Shown: piece by piece, positions 26,583 to 35,222 of the stretch
How positions within the stretch are numbered: position 1 is the first letter of the stretch
Layout of the letters: each line of letters starts with the position of its first letter
Assembly (NCBI GenBank): GCA_021788015.1
Contig: JAJYLD010000001.1
Span: 81,581-145,580, forward strand
Origin: a bacterium
GTDB taxonomy: Bacteria; Patescibacteriota; Patescibacteriia; Patescibacteriales; JAKAJF01
Direction: 5' to 3'
DNA length: 64,000 bases
Notes under the pieces: generated by a model
The model's input: only the letters and a program-made list of their open reading frames with translations
Told to the model about the DNA's origin: nothing
The model's database searches: none
Made by a program: the position numbers and the translations under genes

Positions 26583-27593
26583 ATGAACATTGCTATCAAC
26601 GGCTTTGGCAGAATCGGCCGGGCCACTTTTAAAGCGCTTCTCACAAAACCGAAAATGAACATCGTCGCCATAAACGACTTGACCGATACAAAAACTTTGG
26701 CGAATCTGTTAAAATACGACAGTTGCTACGGGATTTATGAAAAGAAAATAGGATACGCGGAAAACGGCATAATCGTGGGCGGAAAGAAATATAAAATTAC
26801 GGCCGAAAAAGATCCGACAAAATTGCCTTGGAAAACCTTAAAAGTCGATGTTGTTATCGAATCGACGGGCAGATTCAGGGCAAAGGAAGAGGCCGGCATG
26901 CATATCGCCGCGGGCGCGAAAAAAGTGATTATTTCCGCGCCGGCAAAAGGGGACGGCGTAAAAACTATCGTTCTCGGAGTCAATGAAAATGATTTTAAAA
27001 AAGAAGACAAAATCGTTTCCATGGCTTCATGCACGACAAATTGCCTCGCCCCGCTTACGGAAGTGATTCGACGGAATTTCGGCATTAAAAAAGCGATAAT
27101 GTCAACGGTCCATTCTTATACGGCCGACCAGCGCCTTGTCGACGGACCGCATACAGATCCGCGTCGATCCCGCGCGGCCGCTTTGAATATCATTCCGACA
27201 ACAACCGGCGCCGCCATAGCGGTTACCAAGACCATTCCCGAACTCGAAGGAAAATTTGACGGCATGTCGATGCGCGTCCCGACACCGGTCGGATCGATTT
27301 GCGACGTTGTTTTCGTTACCGAGAAGAAAGTCGATAAAGAAAAGGTTAACGCGGCAATCATAGCCGCGACCAAAAGCGAAAAATTGAAGGGAATTTTGGA
27401 AGCGACCGACGAACCGATCGTATCATCCGATATCGTCGGCAATCCGGCAAGTTCAATCGTGGATTTATTTTTAACCAAAGTGATTGACGGCGATCTTTTG
27501 AAAATGATTTCCTGGTATGATAACGAATGGGGATATTCGAACCGTTTGGCCGATTTATGCGAATATATTGCCAAAAATAAATTGATAAAATAA
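26583..27593 (+). CDS. gap: type I glyceraldehyde-3-phosphate dehydrogenase
   Basis: INGFGRIGR, SCTTNCLAP active site, WYDNEWGYS. Confidence 0.96.
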   Translation: MNIAINGFGRIGRATFKALLTKPKMNIVAINDLTDTKTLANLLKYDSCYGIYEKKIGYAENGIIVGGKKYKITAEKDPTKLPWKTLKVDVVIESTGRFRAKEEAGMHIAAGAKKVIISAPAKGDGVKTIVLGVNENDFKKEDKIVSMASCTTNCLAPLTEVIRRNFGIKKAIMSTVHSYTADQRLVDGPHTDPRRSRAAALNIIPTTTGAAIAVTKTIPELEGKFDGMSMRVPTPVGSICDVVFVTEKKVDKEKVNAAIIAATKSEKLKGILEATDEPIVSSDIVGNPASSIVDLFLTKVIDGDLLKMISWYDNEWGYSNRLADLCEYIAKNKLIK

Positions 27594-27596
27594 AAA

Positions 27597-28322
27597 ATGG
27601 AAAATAATCTATCGGCGGTTTCCGAGCTTTATAAAAATTCTTTCGCGATCTATAAAAAAGAATTTTGGAAACTCATCGGCATTTCATTAGTTCCGATTTT
27701 GGGAATTTTTCCGCTTTTCGCGATTTATCTCATATATTATTATTTCGGATCGTCGCTTGATCACGGATTTTTGTACGCCGTAAAAATTTTAATTTTAATT
27801 TTGGGAATCTTGGGCGTTTTTTTAGCGATTTACGCCGCGATTTTGGCGGATATCGGCATGAAAATTTTTCTGCGGGACAAAAACGGCATCGGCCAATCTT
27901 TGCGAAACGGGAGGAAAATATTCTGGAAATACGTCGCTCTGGAAATTTTGAAAATCGTGTTCATTTTATTATGGTCGTTGCTCTTAATCATCCCCGGTTT
28001 GATTTTTTTGGTTTTTTACAGCTTTGCCGAATTCGTTTTGATATTTGAAAATTACGCCCCCCGCGCCGCCTTGAAACGAAGCAAAGAATTGGTCAAAGGA
28101 AATTGGTGGGCCATTGCCTGGCGTTTGGTTTTGTTCATAATCATTTTTTATCTTCTGTTTTTAATTTTGTCGTTGCCGGCGTCTTTCTTCGCGGCCGATT
28201 CCGGTCCCTATCAGTTCTGGCAGTTTATCATCAAAATAATCAGATTTTTGGTCGGTCCGTTTTTTACCGTGTATATGTTTTTGATTTTTAAAGATTTGTT
28301 AGACATAAAAAAGAAAACATAA
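27597..28322 (+). CDS. integral membrane protein, hypothetical
   Basis: 241 aa, 5-6 TM helices. Confidence 0.6.
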   Translation: MENNLSAVSELYKNSFAIYKKEFWKLIGISLVPILGIFPLFAIYLIYYYFGSSLDHGFLYAVKILILILGILGVFLAIYAAILADIGMKIFLRDKNGIGQSLRNGRKIFWKYVALEILKIVFILLWSLLLIIPGLIFLVFYSFAEFVLIFENYAPRAALKRSKELVKGNWWAIAWRLVLFIIIFYLLFLILSLPASFFAADSGPYQFWQFIIKIIRFLVGPFFTVYMFLIFKDLLDIKKKT

Positions 28323-28792
28323 TGGATAAACAATCCCCTCAAACCAAACTTGAAAACTCGGAACGCAAATTTCCTCGCGTCGGCATCGGCGTTATGATTG
28401 AAAATAAAAAAGGAGAAATTCTTCTCGGCTTAAGGCAAGGATCGCACGGAGCCGGAGAATGGAGCTTCCCCGGAGGTCATTTGGAGTGGGGCGAAACTAT
28501 TTTTGAAACGGCCAGACGAGAAGTAAAAGAAGAAACCGGACTTGATGTTTATAAATTTGAACTCATCTCTGTTTTTGATGAATTGCGTTATTTGGAATCG
28601 GAAGGAAAACATTATTTGGGGATAGGCGTGAAAGCGGTCTATAATGGTGGCGATCCAAAAGTTATGGAAGAGGAGAAATTTAAAGAATGGGACTGGTTTG
28701 CTGTCGATCAATTACCTAAAAGGTTGTTTGAAGGGACGGAGATTATGCTCAAAAATTTTAAAGAGGGAAAAATCTACCAAAATTATGTTTAA
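28322..28792 (+). CDS. NUDIX hydrolase
   Basis: Nudix box GGHLEWGETIFETARREVKEETGL. Confidence 0.85.
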   Translation: MDKQSPQTKLENSERKFPRVGIGVMIENKKGEILLGLRQGSHGAGEWSFPGGHLEWGETIFETARREVKEETGLDVYKFELISVFDELRYLESEGKHYLGIGVKAVYNGGDPKVMEEEKFKEWDWFAVDQLPKRLFEGTEIMLKNFKEGKIYQNYV

Positions 28793-29267
28793 TATATTTT
28801 CAGACAAAAACAAAAAAAAGCGGGTCGGGGTTTTTTCTTTGACCTGCGATGAGGGGTGCAGCATTTATCTGACGGAAATTTTTAATAAGAAATTATTGGG
28901 GTGGCTCGAGAAAATCGAGATTGTAAATTTTTTAGCAATCAAAGATTTCGTGGAAATAAAAAATTTGGACATAGCTTTGGTTGAAGGCGTGGTAACGAGC
29001 GAAAAAGACAAAAAGTTGATCGAAGAAGTCAGAAAAAATACGAAAGTCCTTGTCGCTATGGGCACTTGCGCGATAACCGCCCTGCCTTCGGGCCAGAGGA
29101 ATAATTTTAATAAAGACCAGCTCGCGCAAATAAAGGACCATTTGAAAAAATATAAATTTTTGCCAAAAGCTTTGTCGGTAAAAGAAGCGGTAAAGACGGA
29201 CGACGAAATTCCCGGATGCCCGATTGATCCGAAGAAGTTTGTGGAGGTGTTTGAGAAATATATTTAG
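28785..29267 (+). CDS. [NiFe]-hydrogenase small subunit (NuoB/delta-like, short form)
   Basis: 160 aa from MFNIFSD; Cys motifs LTCDEGCS, GTCA, GCP; sits upstream of the large subunit. Confidence 0.7.
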   Translation: MFNIFSDKNKKKRVGVFSLTCDEGCSIYLTEIFNKKLLGWLEKIEIVNFLAIKDFVEIKNLDIALVEGVVTSEKDKKLIEEVRKNTKVLVAMGTCAITALPSGQRNNFNKDQLAQIKDHLKKYKFLPKALSVKEAVKTDDEIPGCPIDPKKFVEVFEKYI

Positions 29268-29300
29268 CTTGTAGGTTGTAGGAAGTAGCTCGTAGGAATT
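29268..29300. repeat. heptamer tract (cttgtag-gttgtag-gaagtag-ctcgtag) and left inverted repeat
   Basis: Starts right after the stop at 29265-29267; agctcgtaggaatt (29287-29300) pairs with aattcctacaagct (29694-29707). Confidence 0.8.
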
Positions 29301-29314
29301 TATTATTAAAATTT

Positions 29315-29683
29315 ATGGAGGGAAATAATAAAATTAGTTCTTATAAAGATTTGGTTGTTTGGCAAAAATCAATGGAGCTGGTTACGGAGATTTACAAGAT
29401 AACAAAAAATTTCCCAAAAGAAGAGATTTATGGTTTGATATCTCAAATGCGGAGATGTGTAATTTCTATTCCCTCCAATATCGCCGAAGGAAGAAGGCGG
29501 GGAAGTAAAAAAGAATTTTTAAGGTTTTTATTAACAAGCTATGGTTCCGGAGCTGAATTGGAAACCCAAATTGAAATAGCTAAAAGGTTAAAATTTTGTG
29601 AGGAAAATAAATTTTCAGAGGCGGGTCAACTTTTGGATGAGATTATGAGAATTTTGAATAAAATGACATATAACTTAAATTAA
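29315..29683 (+). CDS. four-helix-bundle protein (23S rRNA intervening-sequence protein family)
   Basis: DLVVWQKSMELV..IYKIT..FPKEEIYGLISQMRRCVISIPSNIAEG....GSGAELETQ signature. Confidence 0.85.
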   Translation: MEGNNKISSYKDLVVWQKSMELVTEIYKITKNFPKEEIYGLISQMRRCVISIPSNIAEGRRRGSKKEFLRFLLTSYGSGAELETQIEIAKRLKFCEENKFSEAGQLLDEIMRILNKMTYNLN

Positions 29684-29718
29684 GCTATAAGCTAATTCCT
29701 ACAAGCTACCAGCTAAAC
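29684..29718. repeat. heptamer tract (gctataa-gctaatt-cctacaa-gctacca-gctaaac) and right inverted repeat
   Basis: Five 7-nt units directly after the stop at 29681-29683. Confidence 0.8.
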
Positions 29719-29721
29719 CTT

Positions 29722-31017
29722 ATGCATACATGCGATCTCGACGTTTCAATCAACAAACTTTCCAAAATCGAAGGGCATGCCGATTTGGACATAAAAATCA
29801 GGGACGGAAAAGTTGAAAACGTAGATCTGCGCATTATGGAAAATTTACGTTTTTTTAACGAAGCCGTGCAGGGTCAGTCTTATGCCGCCGTTCCGCAGTT
29901 GGTTTCACGCATTTGCGGGACCTGCTCGATCGCGCATCTGACCGGTTGCATCGAAGCGGTCGAAAAAACTTTGGACGTAACTCCGAGCGCGCAGACCATG
30001 ATCTTAAGAAAATTGACCATGTACAGCCTGATGATCCGCGATCACGCTTTGCATCTTTATTTTTTCGTGTTGCCGGATTTGTTCGGACTCGATTCCGCTT
30101 TGGATTTGCCGGACGACAAAAAAGAATTGATTCATGAAGCCTTGCACGTAAAAGAAGCCGGGAATAATTTGTCGAACTTAATCGCCGGTCGGGCCGTGCA
30201 CGCGCCATTCGAGCAGGTCGGCGGTTTCTCGAACGAAATCGACAAAAAGAAAATTCCGGCAATAATCAAAGAATTGAAAAGCATTCGTCCGTTCATCATG
30301 AATTTGGCCGAACTTTTTTATCATTGTCCATGGGAGTTTAAACGAAAAACGAATTTTGTCGCCTTGGCTACGCCCGATTTTTCTTATCTCGAGGGCAAGA
30401 TAAAAACATCGACCGGAGAAGTAATCGAAGAGAAAGATTATTGGGATCATCTCCATAGCGTTATTTTGCCGTATTCGCAGGCGAGCGGATTCGAGTTCGA
30501 GGGCAAAGAATTTATGGTCGGAGCTTTGGCGCGATTGAATTTAAACAAGGAAAGTTTGCATCAGAACACGAAAAGAGACATGGAAAAATTCTTAAAGGTT
30601 TTTCCTTCCGAAAACGTTTATCACAACAATTTGGCCCAAGCGATCGAGATTATGCATTCTATAGATCACGCGGTTGAAATTCTGGAAACGACCGATTTTA
30701 AAAAAGAAGCGCCGGCCAAACCGAAAAAATTTTCCGGCGAGGGCGTGGGCGTTGTCGAGGCGCCGCGCGGCACTTTGTATTATTGGCTGGGAATCGACAA
30801 TGGAAAAGTGCGCTACGCCAATTTGGTAATCCCGACGGCGCAGAATTTAGTCAATCTTCGCGAAGACGTCAAAAAAATTGTTAATGATATTCTTGCCGCG
30901 AACAAGGATGCGGTTGTTTTGGAGGGCGAGATTAAAAAAGAAGTCGAGAAATTGATTCGCGCTTACGATCCTTGCATGTCTTGCGCGACGCATTTTTTAA
31001 GAGTGAATTGGTTGTAA
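29722..31017 (+). CDS. [NiFe]-hydrogenase large subunit (cytosolic group 3-like)
   Basis: N-terminal RICGTCSIAH and C-terminal DPCMSCATH Ni-Fe ligand motifs; 431 aa. Confidence 0.9.
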   Translation: MHTCDLDVSINKLSKIEGHADLDIKIRDGKVENVDLRIMENLRFFNEAVQGQSYAAVPQLVSRICGTCSIAHLTGCIEAVEKTLDVTPSAQTMILRKLTMYSLMIRDHALHLYFFVLPDLFGLDSALDLPDDKKELIHEALHVKEAGNNLSNLIAGRAVHAPFEQVGGFSNEIDKKKIPAIIKELKSIRPFIMNLAELFYHCPWEFKRKTNFVALATPDFSYLEGKIKTSTGEVIEEKDYWDHLHSVILPYSQASGFEFEGKEFMVGALARLNLNKESLHQNTKRDMEKFLKVFPSENVYHNNLAQAIEIMHSIDHAVEILETTDFKKEAPAKPKKFSGEGVGVVEAPRGTLYYWLGIDNGKVRYANLVIPTAQNLVNLREDVKKIVNDILAANKDAVVLEGEIKKEVEKLIRAYDPCMSCATHFLRVNWL

Positions 31018-31146
31018 CGCTTCGCTAGGAGTTACTTTTTGTAACCAAAAAGTAACCAAAAAGTTTTGGGGGCTCCAATTCGCTATCACGTTGATTAATA
31101 TTTAGTTCTCTCGCCATGGCGCTCAATTCCGCCCCCAAACCCCATG
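31018..31146. repeat. dispersed modular repeat, copy 1
   Basis: cgcttcgc.aggagttacttt, aagtaaccaa, gggggctccaatt, ctcaattccgcccccaaaccccatg all recur at 55500-55662. Confidence 0.75.
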
Positions 31147-31545
31147 ATTGTTTAAAACGAAATCTGATTTATATTTTTGAAGTAATTGGTTTATTTTTTT
31201 TAGAGCCGTCTTTTCATTCATCTCCATCGGCACACCGATAATTTTTACTTTTTGCAGCGCACCGATTTTTTTTAACAGTTTCAAATTGAATCCCAGATCG
31301 AAATCATGCATCGAGTATTTGGGATCGTTTTTTATTTGGTCGAGATCTTCGATTAGAATAACATCTTTAATTCCTTCGACTGTGTCGATGATAAAAAGTT
31401 CGCCGTTTTCCGGATGCAAATTTTCGTTCGGATCTTGAATTATAAAATTTATATCCGGAAAAGCTTTTTCAAGTTTCGGCTTTAAACGGATAGGCAAGTT
31501 ATCGAACGTAAGCAGGGGATTGCCGAAGATGTAAATAGTATTCAT
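31123..31545 (-). CDS. hydrogenase maturation protease-like protein
   Basis: IYIFGNPLLTFDNLP...FIIDTVEG pattern and genomic context; the last ~8 codons lie in repeat sequence. Confidence 0.6.
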   Translation of the reverse strand: MNTIYIFGNPLLTFDNLPIRLKPKLEKAFPDINFIIQDPNENLHPENGELFIIDTVEGIKDVILIEDLDQIKNDPKYSMHDFDLGFNLKLLKKIGALQKVKIIGVPMEMNEKTALKKINQLLQKYKSDFVLNNHGVWGRN

Positions 31546-31586
31546 ATTGATTTAAATTATACATTATTGTAAACTAAATAAAAAAT

Positions 31587-31793
31587 ATGTGTTTTAATAT
31601 ACCTAAGAAGATAACGGCGAAAGAAGGAAACGTTTTTACGGTTTCCGATTTTGGCGGGGCGAAAGAAACCGTGAGAAGTCTCATAGATGTCGATATAGAT
31701 GATTATGTTTTAATCGAGAACGGCGTCATTATAGAAAAATTCGATAAAAATAAAATAAACGAGTTCTTTGAGGGAGGAGAAAAAACATTATGA
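31587..31793 (+). CDS. hypC: hydrogenase assembly chaperone HypC/HupF
   Basis: Starts MCFNIPKKI (essential N-terminal Cys2); 68 aa. Confidence 0.8.
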   Translation: MCFNIPKKITAKEGNVFTVSDFGGAKETVRSLIDVDIDDYVLIENGVIIEKFDKNKINEFFEGGEKTL

Positions 31794-32452
31794 AGATAAC
31801 GGGCGAAGCCATACGGGATTTGGCAATAATGGCTTTGAGTTGCAAGCCGATCATGGGCGAAACGCTCACGGGGAACCAGAGGTACATAATCGAAACGACC
31901 AAGTCGGGAAAAGGCGCCATGACCGAAGAAGAATTTCTGGGCGGAATGCCGCTCCCGAGCAAAACCTATTCGAAAATTTTCGATTATGCCAGAGAAATAG
32001 ATGTGGCGGAAGTTGACGAAGAAATAATCTGGAAATTCTTCGGAAGCGATCCGCATGTAGAGAAAATTCGCAATCAGGTTCGGGAAAACAACCTGCCGCA
32101 GCGATTCGGCAAGATGATTCTTTTCGCCCATATTCTTATTCCGATTACGATTACCGGAGACAAAGACGGATTATTTTCCGGGGTTTACGGAAATGCCGGC
32201 GTCGAGGTCAAGCTGGAAAGCCTTATTCCGGTAACCGCGATGTCAATCAAGGAAGGCGACAGGGTTTTGGTGCATTACGCCTCGATAATCGCCAACCGGT
32301 TCGGATCCGAAATCGAGAATTATCTTCTTGAAACGCAGGCGCGAAACAATGATTTTATGGAAGCCTGCAAGGTCACAAAAAGAATCGATTATTCAAGATT
32401 TTGGGACTTGTGCAAGTGGACGCAAAACAACGTCAAAGAGCAAGGATTATAA
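31790..32452 (+). CDS. hypothetical protein translationally coupled to hypC
   Basis: ATGA start/stop overlap; C-terminal IKEGDRVLVHYASIIANRF resembles the HypC beta-barrel end. Confidence 0.6.
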   Translation: MKITGEAIRDLAIMALSCKPIMGETLTGNQRYIIETTKSGKGAMTEEEFLGGMPLPSKTYSKIFDYAREIDVAEVDEEIIWKFFGSDPHVEKIRNQVRENNLPQRFGKMILFAHILIPITITGDKDGLFSGVYGNAGVEVKLESLIPVTAMSIKEGDRVLVHYASIIANRFGSEIENYLLETQARNNDFMEACKVTKRIDYSRFWDLCKWTQNNVKEQGL

Positions 32453-32457
32453 AATAC

Positions 32458-32481
32458 GGAGCGAGAAAATCGCTCCTTTTT
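32458..32481 (+). terminator. rho-independent terminator
   Basis: ggagcga-gaaaa-tcgctcc followed by TTTTT. Confidence 0.85.
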
Positions 32482-32598
32482 ATTTACATCCGCGCGAGTC
32501 AGCGTTTCAGTCCGCATTGGTCCGTGTCAAGCAAAGTTGATCTTTTTTGATAAAAGAATTAGAATAAAATATAAACCAAAAAACAGGGGAGGAGATAT

Positions 32599-32790
32599 AT
32601 GAATCTTCTTGGCGCTTTAATCGGCGTATTTATTTCGTTCGCTCTTTTGATTTATTCGCTCTATCTGTTTATAGGGAAGTGGCTCATTTCGGGGGTATCC
32701 GTATTTTTTATTTCCTTTCTGGCCTTGGTTGCCTTCATCTTAATAATCATATATAAGAGTGAGGCAATCGACCAAAAAAGCCAACCCTAG
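32599..32790 (+). CDS. small membrane protein
   Basis: 63 aa, two TM helices; GGGGAGGAG upstream. Confidence 0.5.
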   Translation: MNLLGALIGVFISFALLIYSLYLFIGKWLISGVSVFFISFLALVAFILIIIYKSEAIDQKSQP

Positions 32791-32801
32791 TCAATTTTAA
32801 C

Positions 32802-32827
32802 ATGGTCTTGACGAGACCATTTTTTTA
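32802..32827 (+). terminator. rho-independent terminator
   Basis: atggtct-tgacg-agaccat followed by T7. Confidence 0.85.
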
Positions 32828-32902
32828 TGTTATGATATAGCATTGGTCTTTGTAAATTTAAAAAATAAAATTCCCACAAACAGGGGAGAAAGGCAGGTAG
32901 TA

Positions 32903-33058
32903 ATGTTCACATTATCACCGGATGTAGAATTGCATTTGGTTTTTATCGGAATGATTTTCGTCTTCGGCCTCATTGGTTGGGGTGGATACAAGCTTTATGG
33001 CAGCCCGGCACAGGTTGCCACAGATGAAAAGCCCAACGAGAAGGGGGGTGCGGAATAA
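32903..33058 (+). CDS. small membrane protein (51 aa)
   Basis: Start trimmed to MFTLSPD after a GGGGAGAAAGG RBS-like sequence. Confidence 0.4.
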   Translation: MFTLSPDVELHLVFIGMIFVFGLIGWGGYKLYGSPAQVATDEKPNEKGGAE

Positions 33059-33504
33059 TGAAAAGGAAAAGGGCAATTGCTCTTGCCGTTTTGCTCGCGG
33101 TAGCCGTTGGCCTCTTTCCTCATGGAAAAATGTCCCTCTGGCTTTCAGCTGTTACTTTCTTTGGTGCTTGTGTCATTTTTCTTGCAGGAGAGAGGCGATC
33201 TTCTAAGGAGTGGCTTTTCGCCGCTCTGGGTATTTCTGTAGTGATTTCGGCATTTTGGGGTGGCACAGTGGCATTTAATAACACTATCGTTCCTAAGCCG
33301 TTTCCCTGGGCAGAAGTGTTCAGGGTGGGAATGATCGGGACAGCCATTCTTGTCGCCGCAATGGAGATTTGGCTCCTAATTGAGGAGAAAATGTCTCCGA
33401 AGCGGCGGCAACGCGTTGTCGCCCGCATGAGGGGCAACGCCTTTAAAGAGGTCCAGGCCGAAAGAAAGGTTTGGGCGGCGCAAGGCAAAATGCCGCCAAG
33501 ATAA
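33058..33504 (+). CDS. integral membrane protein, hypothetical
   Basis: 148 aa, four TM helices; ATGA-type coupling to the upstream ORF. Confidence 0.55.
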   Translation: MKRKRAIALAVLLAVAVGLFPHGKMSLWLSAVTFFGACVIFLAGERRSSKEWLFAALGISVVISAFWGGTVAFNNTIVPKPFPWAEVFRVGMIGTAILVAAMEIWLLIEEKMSPKRRQRVVARMRGNAFKEVQAERKVWAAQGKMPPR

Positions 33505-33693
33505 GAAAACAAACTATGAGGGGTGAGTCAAGAAAGACTTTCGCCCCTTATTTCTTTTTTATCCTTGATTTTAGATTAAAAATGTAATATAATTAGTTCA
33601 AATTAGGTCAGCGTGAAGCTGGCTTTTATGATATAATAATAACGCGAAGCTACGAATTGAAAATGCGAAACCACAAACATACGAATTAATTTT

Positions 33694-35187
33694 ATGCAAA
33701 TTCCGGATTACGTAGAAAAAATTGTAAAAAAATTGGAAAGCGGCGGATTTGAAGCCTACATTGTCGGCGGATGCGTGCGCGATCTTTTGCGCGGCGTAAA
33801 ACCGAAAGACTGGGATGTAACGACGAACGCCAGGCCGGAACAGATTTTAAAAATTATTATCGAGGGCAAATACGAAAATGTTTACGGAACGGTTTTGGTT
33901 CCGCATAAAGAAGAAGGCGAAACTTTGGATATTGTCGAAGTGACGACTTACCGTTCGGAGCAGGAATACAGCGACCGCCGCCATCCGGATAAAATCACTT
34001 TCGAAGACAAGCTTGAAAAAGACCTGGAAAGAAGGGATTTTACGATCAATGCCATGGCCTTAAAAAAATTAAAAATTAAAAATGAAAAATTAAAAATTTA
34101 TGAACACAAAATTAATCTGAGCGGAAACGAATTTCTGCTGATTGATCTCTTCGGCGGGCAGAAAGATTTAAGTAAGAAAATCATCCGCGCGGTCGGAGAA
34201 CCGGAAGAAAGATTTAAAGAGGACGCCTTGCGCATGCTCAGGGCCATCCGATTTTCCTGTCAGCTCGATTTCGGAATCGAACCGAAGACCGAAAGGGCGA
34301 TAAAAAAATTGGCGGGAAGCATAAAATACATTTCCGGAGAACGCATCAGGGACGAACTTGTTAAAATTTTTGAAACCGACAAAGCCTACGACGGGATCAC
34401 GAAACTGCGTGAATTGAAACTTTTACAATACATAATTCCCGAGCTCGAACGGGGAGTGGGCATGGCGCAAAAAGGTCATCATCTTTATTCCGTGTTCAAT
34501 CATTCGGTTTTGTCTTTGAAATTTTGTCCATCAAAAGACTGGCGGGTGAAATTGGCCTGCCTTACGCATGATATCGCCAAACCGAACACGAGAAAAATAA
34601 TAAAAGGCGACGTAACTTTTTATAATCATGACATTATCGGCGCGAAAGTGACGAAAAAAATCATGGAACGTCTAAAATTTTCGGGTAAAGACACGGAGAA
34701 AGTGACCACGCTTGTAAAAAATCATATGTTTTATTATAATGTTGGGGAAGTTACGGAAAGTTCGGTAAGAAGATTGATCGTGAAAGTGGGCGAGGAAAAT
34801 TTGAAGGACCTAATCGACTTGCGCATCGCGGACCGTCTCGGTTCGGGCGTTCCGAAAGCGAAACCGTACAAACTCCGCCATCTCGAGTACATGATGAAGA
34901 AAGTGAGAAAGCATCCGGTTTCGGTAAAGATGTTAAAAATAAACGGTAGCGATATCATGCAGCTTTTACAAATCGAGCCGGGACCGAAAATCGGCGCGAT
35001 TCTTGACGTTTTGTTAAGCGAAGTGATCGAGGATCCGAAATTGAATACGAAAGAATATTTGGAAAAGAGAGCCGTCGAATTAAATGAAATGGAATTGGAA
35101 ACATTACGAAAAAAAGCGAAAGAAACAATCGACGAGAAAAAAATGGAAGATGATGAGGAATTAAAAAAAGAATTTTGGGTGAAATAG
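33694..35187 (+). CDS. cca: CCA-adding tRNA nucleotidyltransferase with HD domain
   Basis: YIVGGCVRDLL, RRDFTINAMA, EDALRMLRAIRF, HD region HDIAKP; contains a ~19-aa insertion with a heptamer-repeat tract. Confidence 0.9.
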   Translation: MQIPDYVEKIVKKLESGGFEAYIVGGCVRDLLRGVKPKDWDVTTNARPEQILKIIIEGKYENVYGTVLVPHKEEGETLDIVEVTTYRSEQEYSDRRHPDKITFEDKLEKDLERRDFTINAMALKKLKIKNEKLKIYEHKINLSGNEFLLIDLFGGQKDLSKKIIRAVGEPEERFKEDALRMLRAIRFSCQLDFGIEPKTERAIKKLAGSIKYISGERIRDELVKIFETDKAYDGITKLRELKLLQYIIPELERGVGMAQKGHHLYSVFNHSVLSLKFCPSKDWRVKLACLTHDIAKPNTRKIIKGDVTFYNHDIIGAKVTKKIMERLKFSGKDTEKVTTLVKNHMFYYNVGEVTESSVRRLIVKVGEENLKDLIDLRIADRLGSGVPKAKPYKLRHLEYMMKKVRKHPVSVKMLKINGSDIMQLLQIEPGPKIGAILDVLLSEVIEDPKLNTKEYLEKRAVELNEMELETLRKKAKETIDEKKMEDDEELKKEFWVK

Positions 35188-35212
35188 CGCATATCGCGTA
35201 TCGCGTATCGTG
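35185..35212. repeat. heptamer tract after cca (tagcgca-tatcgcg-tatcgcg-tatcgtg)
   Basis: Starts at the stop codon of cca. Confidence 0.8.
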
Positions 35213-35222
35213 GAACACTTAA

